This document shows positions 9,344-18,593 of a stretch of 64,000 bases of DNA, one piece after another. Source of the DNA: an uncultured bacterium (GTDB lineage Bacteria; Margulisbacteria; WOR-1; CAVSGV01). The DNA is taken from NCBI GenBank assembly GCA_963768305.1, contig CAVYHE010000003.1:128001-192000 (forward strand), read 5' to 3'. A program made the position numbers and the translations under genes. Position 1 is the first letter of the stretch, and the number at the start of each line of letters is the position of its first letter. The notes beneath the pieces were generated by a model that saw nothing but the letters and a program-made list of their open reading frames with translations, made no database searches and was not told the DNA's origin.

Positions 9344-11565
9344 AGACTTCGGTCAACCTTAAAGTCATCGGGATGGATAATGCCCATTGCATCGGCATTG
9401 TCGGTGCTACGCTGGACAAGCTCCCCGGGATAATTTCGCGGAACCTGCGCATGAATGAAAAAGCGGCCATTACTTATGATACGGACCTCATAGACCTGAA
9501 GAAGATACAGGCGGCCATTCTGGAAGAAGGCTATCCTTCTGTTGAAGAAAAAGAAGCATCCGCCGGCGCCGGAGAGAAAGCCAGGGAAGCGGTGATAAAT
9601 GATCTCAGGAACAGGTTCTTTATCTCACTCATTTTCAGCATACCTCTTCTCATATACATGTTCTCCTTCCTTATCCCTCTGTCTGTCTTTTTTGAAAAGA
9701 ACATGGCCCTGATCCAGTTCATTTTCGCGACACCAGTTATGTTTGCCGGAGGGATGTTCTTTTCAAGGGGGATAGGCTCATTCCTGAAGAATCGGGTCGC
9801 GAACATGGATACTCTTGTGGCTCTCGGCGTCGGCGCGGCATATTTTTACAGTCTGATGGTCTCGGTATTTATCTGGATAGGGCATCCGATCCTCGGGAAC
9901 GAACTTTACTATGAGACCGCGGGGCTTCTGATCACTTTCATCCTTCTGGGGAAATGGCTGGAAGCGGCCGCAAAAGGGAGGACTTCCGAAGCTATCAGGA
10001 AATTGATCGGACTGCGTCCCGGAACGGCGATCGTTGTCAGAGGATCAAAAGAGATCGAGGTTCATCTTGACGAGGTCGTGCCCGGAGATATCGTTATTGT
10101 TAAGCCCGGCCAGAAGATACCTGTGGATGGCGTTATCATTGACGGATATTCCAGTGTTGATGAATCGATGATAACGGGAGAAAGCATACCGGTGGAGAAA
10201 AAAGCAGGCGATAATGTCATAGGCGCGACTATAAACAAGACTGGAACTTTTAAATTCAAAGCGATTAAGGTCGGCTCTGAAACCCTTCTTGCTCACATTA
10301 TCAAAATAGTTGAAGAAGCGCAGGGAAGCAAAGCGCCGATACAGGATCTCGCGGATCTAATTGCCGCGTATTTTGTGCCGTTAGTCGTTGCGCTTGCGGT
10401 AATCTCTTTCGCGGCCTGGATGATGCTTGGCCAAAGTTTTGTATTTTCTCTATCGATATTTATCACAGTGCTTGTCATTTCGTGCCCGTGCGCGCTCGGG
10501 CTGGCGACACCTATCGCGGTAATGATGGGGACGGGGATCGGCGCCGAAAAAGGCATCTTGATAAAGAACGCGAAGTCGCTTCAGATCGCTCAAAAGATCA
10601 GCATCGTTGTTTTTGACAAGACCGGAACTCTCACAAAAGGCATGCCGGAAGTCACGGATATGATCGATCTCGGCGGCGGAAGCGATATTGTCAGGTTCGC
10701 GGCGACAGCCGAAAAACGCTCCCAGCATCCTCTTGCTGAAGCTATTTTGAAATATGCAAAATCAAAAAATATCGATATTCCGGATCCCGACTCGTTCGAT
10801 TCAATTCCTGGCGGCGGAGTCGAGGCAAGGTCCGGGAACAACAAGATCCTTCTCGGGAACAAAAAGCTCATAGCGGACAAAAACATCGATATTTCTTCAG
10901 CTCTTTCAAAGATCGAAGCGCTTGAAGCGAAGGGAAAGACAGTGATTATCGTTTCGGTCAATGGAAAGGCGGCAGGGCTTATTGCGGTCGCCGATACGCT
11001 TAAAGATCATTCCAGATCAGCTATCTCAATGCTCCATGATTCAGGCAAGAAAGTGGCGATCTTGACAGGGGATAACGCAAGGACGGCGGGAGCGATCGCC
11101 GATCTTGTCGGAGCTGACAGCGTCATATCGGAGATACTTCCTTCAGACAAAGCCGGAGAAATAAAGAAGCTTCAGGAGACTGGCGCGGTGGTCGCTATGG
11201 TGGGAGACGGAATAAACGACGCGCCGGCGCTCGCGCAGGCGGATATAGGGATAGCCATTGGATCGGGAACCGATGTGGCAGTGGAATCGGCGGATATCGT
11301 CCTGATAAAAGATGATCTCAGGGACGTTGTCATGGCGATGGACCTTTCAAATTACACCATGAGAAAGATAAAACAGGGCCTCTTCTGGGCGTTCATATAT
11401 AATATTATAGGCATTCCGGTCGCCGCAGGACTGCTCTATCCCTTTACAGGTTTTCTGCTAAACCCTATAATAGCGGGAACTGCCATGGCGTTCAGTTCCG
11501 TTTCGGTGGTCCTTAACGCGCTTTCAATGAAGCGATATGAATTTTCGATAAAGGGAGGTGAATGA
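9340..11565 (+). CDS. copA: Copper-translocating P1B-type ATPase
   Basis: N-terminal HMA-like domain, [22 protein letters not shown] and MAFSS motifs of P1B-1 ATPases. Confidence 0.93.
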   Translation: MKTSVNLKVIGMDNAHCIGIVGATLDKLPGIISRNLRMNEKAAITYDTDLIDLKKIQAAILEEGYPSVEEKEASAGAGEKAREAVINDLRNRFFISLIFSIPLLIYMFSFLIPLSVFFEKNMALIQFIFATPVMFAGGMFFSRGIGSFLKNRVANMDTLVALGVGAAYFYSLMVSVFIWIGHPILGNELYYETAGLLITFILLGKWLEAAAKGRTSEAIRKLIGLRPGTAIVVRGSKEIEVHLDEVVPGDIVIVKPGQKIPVDGVIIDGYSSVDESMITGESIPVEKKAGDNVIGATINKTGTFKFKAIKVGSETLLAHIIKIVEEAQGSKAPIQDLADLIAAYFVPLVVALAVISFAAWMMLGQSFVFSLSIFITVLVISCPCALGLATPIAVMMGTGIGAEKGILIKNAKSLQIAQKISIVVFDKTGTLTKGMPEVTDMIDLGGGSDIVRFAATAEKRSQHPLAEAILKYAKSKNIDIPDPDSFDSIPGGGVEARSGNNKILLGNKKLIADKNIDISSALSKIEALEAKGKTVIIVSVNGKAAGLIAVADTLKDHSRSAISMLHDSGKKVAILTGDNARTAGAIADLVGADSVISEILPSDKAGEIKKLQETGAVVAMVGDGINDAPALAQADIGIAIGSGTDVAVESADIVLIKDDLRDVVMAMDLSNYTMRKIKQGLFWAFIYNIIGIPVAAGLLYPFTGFLLNPIIAGTAMAFSSVSVVLNALSMKRYEFSIKGGE

Positions 11566-11566
11566 A

Positions 11567-11905
11567 ATGTTATACGGAATTCTGGCCAGCGTAATAATAA
11601 TCATCGGTCTTGCCTATGTGATACTTGTGCTTGCAAATAAAGAATCCGGCAACATGAAGATCGGCGGGCAAATAATAGCGGCGCTTGTTCTTTTCGTTGC
11701 CATCGCGATCCTTTATCATGGATATGTCGGCGGCAGATACAATAGGGGATGCAACGTGATGGGGGGTAAGGGCGAGATGATGGAGGGAAAGTGCGGAATG
11801 ATGATGGAGATGATGAAAAAAGACCCGTCCATCATGCAGGACATGTGCAAGAACAAGGAAATGCGCGACATGATGAAGAAAGACATGATGAAATACGGCA
11901 AATAG
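11567..11905 (+). CDS. Small two-TM membrane protein with Met/Cys-rich tail
   Basis: GGAGGTG RBS then ATG 11567; two hydrophobic segments followed by CNVMGGKGEMMEGKCGMMMEMMKK. Confidence 0.7.
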   Translation: MLYGILASVIIIIGLAYVILVLANKESGNMKIGGQIIAALVLFVAIAILYHGYVGGRYNRGCNVMGGKGEMMEGKCGMMMEMMKKDPSIMQDMCKNKEMRDMMKKDMMKYGK

Positions 11906-11917
11906 GAGAGTGTTCTA

Positions 11918-12079
11918 ATGGCAAAAGATCCCGTATGCGGAATGGATGTGGACGAAAAAAAAGTCACTCAAAAGACCCTTTATAAAGGGAAGGAGTATTA
12001 TTTCTGTTCTGCCACCTGCAAAAAAGCTTTTGACAAGGAACCTGAAAAATATATTGAGATCAGCGATTCAAATAAATGA
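11918..12079 (+). CDS. YHS/TRASH domain protein (53 aa, not in the ORF track)
   Basis: Manual translation MAKDPVCGMDVDEKKVTQKTLYKGKEYYFCSATCKKAFDKEPEKY...; AGGAG RBS. Confidence 0.92.
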   Translation: MAKDPVCGMDVDEKKVTQKTLYKGKEYYFCSATCKKAFDKEPEKYIEISDSNK

Positions 12080-12099
12080 ATCAACAAGGGGGTGACTAA

Positions 12100-12555
12100 A
12101 TGAAAAAGTATTTATTGCTTGCTGTCTGTTTTGTGTTGTTCCTGGGCATGGTGTCGTTCGCGCAGGATGTCGTGAAGGATTCCGCTTCTGCCGAGGTAAA
12201 AAATGCTAACAGAGCCATAAACCTGAAGGATAAACTTGGATTGACCGATGAACAGTCCGCGAAACTGAAAGCGATCAACACGGACCTCGCTCAGAAGAAT
12301 TCCGTTCTTGTTAATCAGGTGAACGCCATTTCAAAGGAGATCGGGGATATCATGAATTCGGACGATCCGGACCTGAAACAGGCGGAAACGAAGGTTCGCG
12401 ACCTCGAGAAGATAAGGACGCAGATCATGCTTAACAGGCTTTCCGCGATGAAAGAGGTCGGGAAAGTCCTTACTAAAGAGCAGAAGGAAAAGATCAAGCA
12501 GATGGGAGCCGGGAACAGAGGGTCTAAGAGCGTAATGCCGCCGAAAGGCAAATAA
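12100..12555 (+). CDS. Periplasmic Spy/CpxP-family protein
   Basis: Signal peptide; LTDEQ and LTKEQ (LTxxQ) motifs. Confidence 0.8.
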   Translation: MKKYLLLAVCFVLFLGMVSFAQDVVKDSASAEVKNANRAINLKDKLGLTDEQSAKLKAINTDLAQKNSVLVNQVNAISKEIGDIMNSDDPDLKQAETKVRDLEKIRTQIMLNRLSAMKEVGKVLTKEQKEKIKQMGAGNRGSKSVMPPKGK

Positions 12556-13367
12556 TGTCCTCATCCGTCATTCACGCGAAATTCAAAAAGCTAAAGGAGA
12601 TCCTCCGGAAGACCGGAGGTCTCCTTATTGCTTTCTCAGGAGGGGTCGATTCTTCGTTTCTCTTGAAAGTTGCGCATGATGTTTTAGGCAAAAAAGTTCT
12701 TGCAGTCATTGCCGTGTCCAGGACCTACCCAATTGAGGAGGGCAGGGCGGCAGTTCAATTCGCCAGGAAACTCGGTGTCAGATATATGATGATAGAGACT
12801 GCCGAATTCAATGATGAAAACTTTGTATCAAATCCTCACGAAAGATGTTACCACTGCAAGAAAGAGCTTTTCTCCAGGCTTGCCGATATAGCGGAAAAAG
12901 AAGGCATCAAATATATCGCCGACGGGTCGAACGTCACGGACCTTTCTGATAACAGGCCGGGGGTGAGAGCTGCGGCAGAGTACCGCGTATCGAGCCCGTT
13001 AAGGGAAGCGGGGTTCACGAAAGACGAGATAAGAGAGATGTCGAAAGAGATCAAGCTTCCCACATGGGACAAGCCCCAGCTCGCGTGCCTTGCTTCAAGG
13101 ATCCCGTATGGGACAAGGATAACGAAGCAAATATTGGATAAGGTCGGAAAAGGCGAAAAATACCTGAAAAGCCTGGGGCTGAAGCAGGTGAGGGTGAGGC
13201 ACCACGGCGGTCTGGCAAGGATAGAAGTGGATAAATGTGATGTTGTCTCGCTGCTCGAGGATGGCATCGCCGATATGATAGATAAGAAGTTCAGGAAGCT
13301 TGGCTATGATTTTGTGACGATCGACCTTGGAGGTTACCGCACTGGATCGATGAATGATCCGTTATGA
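12555..13367 (+). CDS. larE: LarE-like ATP-dependent sulfur transferase (TIGR00268 family)
   Basis: AFSGGVDS PP-loop, RCYHCK, ACLASRIPYG, VRVRHH, GYRTGSMN. Confidence 0.88.
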   Translation: MSSSVIHAKFKKLKEILRKTGGLLIAFSGGVDSSFLLKVAHDVLGKKVLAVIAVSRTYPIEEGRAAVQFARKLGVRYMMIETAEFNDENFVSNPHERCYHCKKELFSRLADIAEKEGIKYIADGSNVTDLSDNRPGVRAAAEYRVSSPLREAGFTKDEIREMSKEIKLPTWDKPQLACLASRIPYGTRITKQILDKVGKGEKYLKSLGLKQVRVRHHGGLARIEVDKCDVVSLLEDGIADMIDKKFRKLGYDFVTIDLGGYRTGSMNDPL

Positions 13368-13380
13368 TTCTTCAGCTTAT

Positions 13381-13758
13381 TTATATCTGAAGCTCTCTTG
13401 CTGAGTCAAATTCGTGATTGGCGTCTTCGCCTCTGCCGGTCTTTGAAAAAATAATGCCTTTGCCCTCATGGGCCAAAACATGATCCGGGTTGATCGCTAG
13501 GACTTTTTCAAAACTTAACATGGCTTTATTGAATTTGTTTTGTCTTAAATAAATGCAGCCCAGGTCGTAATGGGCTTCTGCATTGTCCGGTTCGATCTTA
13601 ATGGTCATTTTGAGGTATTTTATCGCGAGATTTAATTGACCCTGGTTTTTAAAAGCAACGCCAAAAAGGTGGAAGTCTGCCGCGTCTTTGTGGATATAGA
13701 CCCTAACAGCCTGCTTTCTGAAAATAATTAATCGATTTATTAACTTTCCAAATTTCAT
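13381..13758 (-). CDS. TPR repeat protein
   Basis: TPR signatures such as PDNAEAHYDLG and NPDHVLAH. Confidence 0.85.
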   Translation of the reverse strand: MKFGKLINRLIIFRKQAVRVYIHKDAADFHLFGVAFKNQGQLNLAIKYLKMTIKIEPDNAEAHYDLGCIYLRQNKFNKAMLSFEKVLAINPDHVLAHEGKGIIFSKTGRGEDANHEFDSARELQI

Positions 13759-13774
13759 GTTTCATTCTTCTTTG

Positions 13775-14470
13775 TTATACCTTCATAAGTTTCGCTATTT
13801 CTAATTCGTCTTGGGCTTCCGAGTTTTTTCCTGCTTTTTTATAAAGTTCCGCCAGTATGTTGTGAACATCCTCAGAATCATTATCCGGATTGATCTTCAT
13901 CGCCTTTTTGAATTCGGTTATCGCCTCCTCAAATTTACCCTGTTTTTCATGAATAGCGCTTAATTTAAAATGTATGATCGCAATATTCTTTTTTGTCTTA
14001 ATGGCCTTTTCGTAATGCAATGTTGAATCGAGAGGCCTCCCCGCTACGGCATATACAAGACCAAGTTTGTTGAGAGTATCAAGATAATTCGGGTGGAACT
14101 TGATCGCTTTTCCATATTCTCCTATTGCTTCATCGAACTTATCCCGATTACCATAGGCATCGCCCACGTCTATGTGGGAATTTATAAGATTCGGATATAT
14201 TCTGGCAGCTGTTTCAAATGCATGCATTGACTTTGGCAGTATTCCCATTTTGGCATAAACAACGCCTAACCCGTGGTAAGCATCCGCATAATGAGGCTCA
14301 ATCCCAATAGCTTTCTCGTAGCATTTAATTGCTGCCTTGAATTTCATCTGTTCCATATTATTGTTGCCCAGCCTGTAGTTTGTCGCCGCTTCACCGGCAA
14401 AGGCCGTCCTCATGATCAGTTTGCTGAAACTTTTAAAAAAGCGCGTTTCTTTTCTCATTTCCACTAACAT
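13775..14470 (-). CDS. TPR repeat protein
   Basis: Multiple TPRs (EPHYADAYHGLG, KAMKINPDN); GGAGG RBS. Confidence 0.85.
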   Translation of the reverse strand: MLVEMRKETRFFKSFSKLIMRTAFAGEAATNYRLGNNNMEQMKFKAAIKCYEKAIGIEPHYADAYHGLGVVYAKMGILPKSMHAFETAARIYPNLINSHIDVGDAYGNRDKFDEAIGEYGKAIKFHPNYLDTLNKLGLVYAVAGRPLDSTLHYEKAIKTKKNIAIIHFKLSAIHEKQGKFEEAITEFKKAMKINPDNDSEDVHNILAELYKKAGKNSEAQDELEIAKLMKV

Positions 14471-14505
14471 ATTTTATTCCTCCCTGGCTTATTCCAATCA
14501 TAGTA

Positions 14506-14533
14506 TTATCGACAAATATCCCCTGAAATTTCA
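14506..14533 (-). promoter_or_regulatory. Sigma-28-like promoter motif, copy 2 (TGAAATTT-N12-GTCGATAA)
   Basis: Reverse complement directly upstream of the TPR gene pair. Confidence 0.7.
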
Positions 14534-14560
14534 CTTTTTTTGGATATGTTTTAAGGGACT

Positions 14561-14592
14561 ATGTTGACAAGAATACTCAACAATGATAATAT
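14561..14592 (+). promoter_or_regulatory. Sigma-70 promoter (TTGACA-N17-TAATAT) overlapped by a putative Rrf2 operator palindrome TGTTGA-N9-TCAACA
   Basis: TTGACA 14564-69, TAATAT 14587-92; inverted repeat at 14562-67 / 14577-82, resembling IscR type-1 sites. Confidence 0.7.
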
Positions 14593-14598
14593 TCAGCC

Positions 14599-15003
14599 GT
14601 GAAAATGACCACTAAAGGGAAATACGCGGTTTCCGCCATGTGCGAGCTGGCTGGCGCAAACAATGATGGGAAATATCTTCAGGCCAAGGATATAGCGGCA
14701 AGGCATTTCCTTTCAGAGCTGTACGTGGAACAGATATTGAACAAGCTGAAGAAAGCGGGCCTTGTGAAAGCCGTGAGAGGGCCTCAAGGAGGGTACAAGC
14801 TTTCATCGCCGCCGAAAATGATAAAAATCGGGGATATACTGGAAGCCACCGAAGGACCCATTTCTCTGGTAAGCTGCATCGGCGGGAGCCATAAAGATGT
14901 TTGCAGGCTTTCGTCAAAATGCAAGACCGTAAAATTCTGGTCAAAGCTGAATACCGTGATAAAGCGCGTCCTGGATGAAACTACCCTGGATGACCTGTGT
15001 TAA
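14599..15003 (+). CDS. Rrf2/IscR-family transcriptional regulator
   Basis: TTKGKYA, RGPQGGY, three C-terminal Cys; first gene of an Fe-S operon. Confidence 0.93.
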   Translation: MKMTTKGKYAVSAMCELAGANNDGKYLQAKDIAARHFLSELYVEQILNKLKKAGLVKAVRGPQGGYKLSSPPKMIKIGDILEATEGPISLVSCIGGSHKDVCRLSSKCKTVKFWSKLNTVIKRVLDETTLDDLC

Positions 15004-15013
15004 GGAGGCGGAC

Positions 15014-16183
15014 ATGAAACGGATTTATATGGATTATGCCGCGACCACGCCTATGCATCCTGATGTCGCGGAGACAATGAAGCCCTATTTTACTGATAAT
15101 TTCGGCAATCCTTCCAGCATCCATTCATATGGACGTGATGCCAGAAAAGCGATCGATGCCGCCAGGGACAATATTGCGGCTTTTATCGGGGCAAGACCGG
15201 ACGAGATCATATTCACTTCGGGCGGGACCGAAGCGGATAATTTCGCCCTTGAAGGCGTGGCTTTCGCGAACGAGAAGAAAGGGAACCATATCATATCAAC
15301 TTCCATCGAACACCACGCGGTCATTAACTGTCTGGATTTTCTTAAAAAAAGAGGATTTAAAGTCACTTATGTTCCTGTTGACAGCACGGGGCTTGTGGAT
15401 CCTGCGGATGTCAGGAAGGCTATTACTGATAAGACTTTCCTTGTATCGGTCATGCATGCGAATAATGAAATAGGGACTATCGAGCCGATAGCCGAGATCG
15501 GCGCTGCCTGCAGGGAAAAAGGAGTTTATTTCCACACTGACGCGGTTCAGACATTCGGGCATCTGCCGATAGATGTCAGCAAGCTGAATGTCGATCTTCT
15601 TTCAGCATCCGCTCATAAGCTTTATGGTCCGAAAGGCGTCGGCTTGTTATATGTGAAGAAAGGCACAAAGATCATGCCTTATCTTCATGGCGGGGAGCAG
15701 GAAAGGGGATTAAGGGCTTCCACTGAGAATGTGCCGGGGATCGTCGGTTTCTCAAAAGCAGTCGATATCGCAAAAAGCGAAATGGAAAACGAAGAAAAAA
15801 AACTGACTGTTCTCAGGGATAAACTTATCAAGGGGATACTTTCCGGGATAGAGGATACACGTCTTAACGGACATACCAATAGAAGGTTGCCGAACAATGT
15901 TAATGTAAGCATCGAATATATAGAAGGCGAATCAATGATCCTTAGACTGGATCTGGAAGGTATCGCGGGGTCAACGGGCTCGGCGTGCAGTTCCGGATCG
16001 CTCGAGCCGTCGCATGTTCTTTTATCCATCGGTCTGCCGGCGGAAATCGCTCATTCATCCCTTCGTTTGACGCTGGGAAGATGGACGACCGAAGAAGAAG
16101 TTGACCATGTCCTTAAAGTATTGCCTAAAATCGTCGGAGATCTGCGGGCAATGTCGCCGATGAAAAGGCCAACGATCAAATAA
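15014..16183 (+). CDS. iscS: Cysteine desulfurase (IscS/NifS)
   Basis: YMDYAATTP, FTSGGTEADN, SAHKLYGPKG, STGSACSSGS; AAGGAGG RBS. Confidence 0.95.
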   Translation: MKRIYMDYAATTPMHPDVAETMKPYFTDNFGNPSSIHSYGRDARKAIDAARDNIAAFIGARPDEIIFTSGGTEADNFALEGVAFANEKKGNHIISTSIEHHAVINCLDFLKKRGFKVTYVPVDSTGLVDPADVRKAITDKTFLVSVMHANNEIGTIEPIAEIGAACREKGVYFHTDAVQTFGHLPIDVSKLNVDLLSASAHKLYGPKGVGLLYVKKGTKIMPYLHGGEQERGLRASTENVPGIVGFSKAVDIAKSEMENEEKKLTVLRDKLIKGILSGIEDTRLNGHTNRRLPNNVNVSIEYIEGESMILRLDLEGIAGSTGSACSSGSLEPSHVLLSIGLPAEIAHSSLRLTLGRWTTEEEVDHVLKVLPKIVGDLRAMSPMKRPTIK

Positions 16184-16205
16184 TGAACAAGGAGGATGTC
16201 ATCTT

Positions 16206-16625
16206 ATGACCGGTTCTTATTCTGAAAAAGTAATGGACCATTTCGCTCATCCCAGAAATGTGGGAGTTATTGAAAATGCTTCCGGAGTGGGGAAGGTGGG
16301 CAATCCTGTCTGCGGGGATGTCATGGAGCTTTTCATAAAAGTTGAAAAGAACATCATTTCCGATGTGAAGTTCAGGACGTTCGGCTGCGGCGCGGCTATC
16401 GCTACCAGCTCCATGGTCACTGAAATGGTGAAAGGCAAAACTATCGAAGAAGCTCTGACAATATCCAATAAGGCAGTTGCGCAGGCTTTGGACGGCTTAC
16501 CTCCGGTGAAAATGCATTGTTCCGTCCTCGCAGAAGACGCATTGAAAGCAGCTATCGATGATTATTTGAAAAAAACAACAGGACAGGGACTCCCGGGTTT
16601 TAAGCCGCATGAAGAACACGACTAA
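16206..16625 (+). CDS. iscU: Fe-S cluster scaffold protein (IscU/NifU N-type)
   Basis: YSEKVMDHF, GNPVCGD, FGCGAAIA, LPPVKMHCS. Confidence 0.95.
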   Translation: MTGSYSEKVMDHFAHPRNVGVIENASGVGKVGNPVCGDVMELFIKVEKNIISDVKFRTFGCGAAIATSSMVTEMVKGKTIEEALTISNKAVAQALDGLPPVKMHCSVLAEDALKAAIDDYLKKTTGQGLPGFKPHEEHD

Positions 16626-17646
16626 AGTTATCGTCGCCATGTCGGGCGGCGTGGACAGTTCCGTTGCGGCTGCGCTTTTAAAAAAAGCCGGATATGATGT
16701 CATTGGCATTACAATGGACTTATTGCCCGGGAAAAAAGACGGCGCCTGCTGTTCACTTTCCGCAGTTGAAGATGCAAGAAGAGTTGCCGGCATTCTTGAT
16801 ATCCCATATTATGTTATCAATTTCAAAAAGATCTTCAAAGAAACCGTTATCGATGATTTTATTGCAGAATATAACTGCGGCAGGACCCCGAACCCCTGCG
16901 TGCGCTGCAATAAATTCATAAAGTTCGATGCGTTGCTAAAAAAAGCGAAAAGCCTGGGAGCTGGATTTATCGCGACCGGGCATTACGCAAAGATTGAAAA
17001 AACCAGTGGCAGGTACCTTTTGAAAAAAGGGATCGATGTAAAAAAAGACCAGTCGTATTTTCTTTATCCGCTCCATCAAGGGGCTTTGTCGCGCACTATA
17101 TTTCCTGTTGGTAATTTGACGAAAAAGGAAGTAAGGGCGTTGGCAAAAAAATTCAAACTTCAAGTTGCTGACAAAGAAGAAAGCCAGGATATCTGCTTTA
17201 TTGACAGATCTCCCGGAGAATTATCAAAGCCCAAAAAAGGGAATATTGTTGATATGAATGGCAATGTACTTGGGAAACATAAGGGTTATCAGTTATATAC
17301 TATTGGTCAGAGGAAAGGACTGGGCTTGGCGATGAAAGAGCCCTTATATGTTGTTAAAATTGACGCTAAAAAGAACGAATTAGCTGTCGGAACAAGGGGT
17401 GATGTTTTTAGTGCCGAATTGATTGCGGGCGATCTGAACTGGATCTCGGTCAGAAAATGTCCTCCAAAAATGAAAGTCAAAGCAAAGATCAGGTACAATT
17501 CTCCCGAATGTGACGCGAAAATTTCGCCGTTGCCGCGCGGGAAGGTCAAGGTGATGTTTCGTAAACCTCAGTTCGCGGTCACGCCCGGGCAATCCGTCGT
17601 TTTTTATGATGGAGATGTCGTTGTCGGCGGTGGTATAATCCAATAA
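16609..17646 (+). CDS. mnmA: tRNA 2-thiouridylase
   Basis: AMSGGVDSS, GRTPNPCVRCN, ATGHYA, KDQSYFL, TIGQRKGL, TPGQ. Confidence 0.96.
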   Translation: MKNTTKVIVAMSGGVDSSVAAALLKKAGYDVIGITMDLLPGKKDGACCSLSAVEDARRVAGILDIPYYVINFKKIFKETVIDDFIAEYNCGRTPNPCVRCNKFIKFDALLKKAKSLGAGFIATGHYAKIEKTSGRYLLKKGIDVKKDQSYFLYPLHQGALSRTIFPVGNLTKKEVRALAKKFKLQVADKEESQDICFIDRSPGELSKPKKGNIVDMNGNVLGKHKGYQLYTIGQRKGLGLAMKEPLYVVKIDAKKNELAVGTRGDVFSAELIAGDLNWISVRKCPPKMKVKAKIRYNSPECDAKISPLPRGKVKVMFRKPQFAVTPGQSVVFYDGDVVVGGGIIQ

Positions 17647-17678
17647 TATCCAATGACCAATATCAAATGACAAATTAT
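17644..17678 (+). repeat. Heptamer array (taatatc-caatgac-caatatc-aaatgac-aaattat) filling the mnmA-nadA spacer
   Basis: 7-nt periodicity; TGAC(C/A)AA is the reverse complement of cyanobacterial STRR2 TT(G/T)GTCA. Confidence 0.7.
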
Positions 17679-18579
17679 GGAACAAATAATTAATCAAATT
17701 AATCAGTTAAGAAAACGGAAGAATGCCGTAATTCTTGCGCATAATTATCAGCTGCCGGAGATACAGGACATTGCCGATTATGTGGGTGACTCATTGGGCC
17801 TTTCCATTGAAGCTTCAAAGTCCGGTGCGGACATGATCGTTTTTTGCGGGGTGTATTTCATGGCGGAGACCGCCGCGATCCTGTGCCCCGAAAAGACGGT
17901 GGTCATGCCGGATGTGAATGCCGGATGCCCTATGGCGAACATGATGAATGCTGAGGATGTCAGAAGGCTTAAGAAGGAACATCCCCGATATATTGTTATA
18001 ACTTATGTGAACTCCTCCGCGGAGGTCAAAGCAGAATCGGATTATTGCTGCACATCCGCTAATGCGGTCAAAGTTGTTGAAAAATTGATCGATAAAGATA
18101 TCATCTTTATCCCCGATAAATATCTGGGTGATTATGTTTCTAAACAGACGGGCAAGAAAATGATCCTGTTCAACGGATTCTGCCCGACACATGTCAAAAT
18201 TCTGCCGGAGCATATCGATATCGCAAAAAAACAGCATCCGAACGCTCTTGTTATCGTTCATCCGGAATGCCTGCCTCCCGTGATAGAAAAAGCCGATAAA
18301 GTCGCCTCAACAGGCGGAATGATGAAATTTGTCAAGGAATCGCCGTCGAAAGAATTCATTATCGGCACTGAAGTGGGGTTGATATACCGGCTCCAAAAAG
18401 AAAATCCCGGCAAGAAATTCTACCCAGCCACGCCGCTCGCGGTCTGCCCGAACATGAAGCGGACAACGCTTGAAAAGGTACTCTGGTCCCTGGAAGAAGA
18501 AAAAACAAAGGTCACTGTCCCTTCCAATATCGCATCAAAAGCAAAACTTGCTATAGATAGAATGCTTCAATTGGTATAA
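17677..18579 (+). CDS. nadA: Quinolinate synthase
   Basis: ILAHNYQ, GDSLGLS, FCGVYFMAE, AGCPMA, YVNSSA, HPEC, CPNMK. Confidence 0.97.
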   Translation: MEQIINQINQLRKRKNAVILAHNYQLPEIQDIADYVGDSLGLSIEASKSGADMIVFCGVYFMAETAAILCPEKTVVMPDVNAGCPMANMMNAEDVRRLKKEHPRYIVITYVNSSAEVKAESDYCCTSANAVKVVEKLIDKDIIFIPDKYLGDYVSKQTGKKMILFNGFCPTHVKILPEHIDIAKKQHPNALVIVHPECLPPVIEKADKVASTGGMMKFVKESPSKEFIIGTEVGLIYRLQKENPGKKFYPATPLAVCPNMKRTTLEKVLWSLEEEKTKVTVPSNIASKAKLAIDRMLQLV

Positions 18580-18593
18580 AGTATATAAAAATC

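Noticed and set aside
8738..9387. Long antisense ORFs opposite pfkA, and similar ones opposite other core genes
   Set aside because: Shadow ORFs with no motifs or RBS, fully overlapping well-supported genes.
12555..13367. Complete nickel-pincer (lar) system
   Set aside because: Only larE is present, with no larA/B/C in the window; stand-alone LarE homologues are common.
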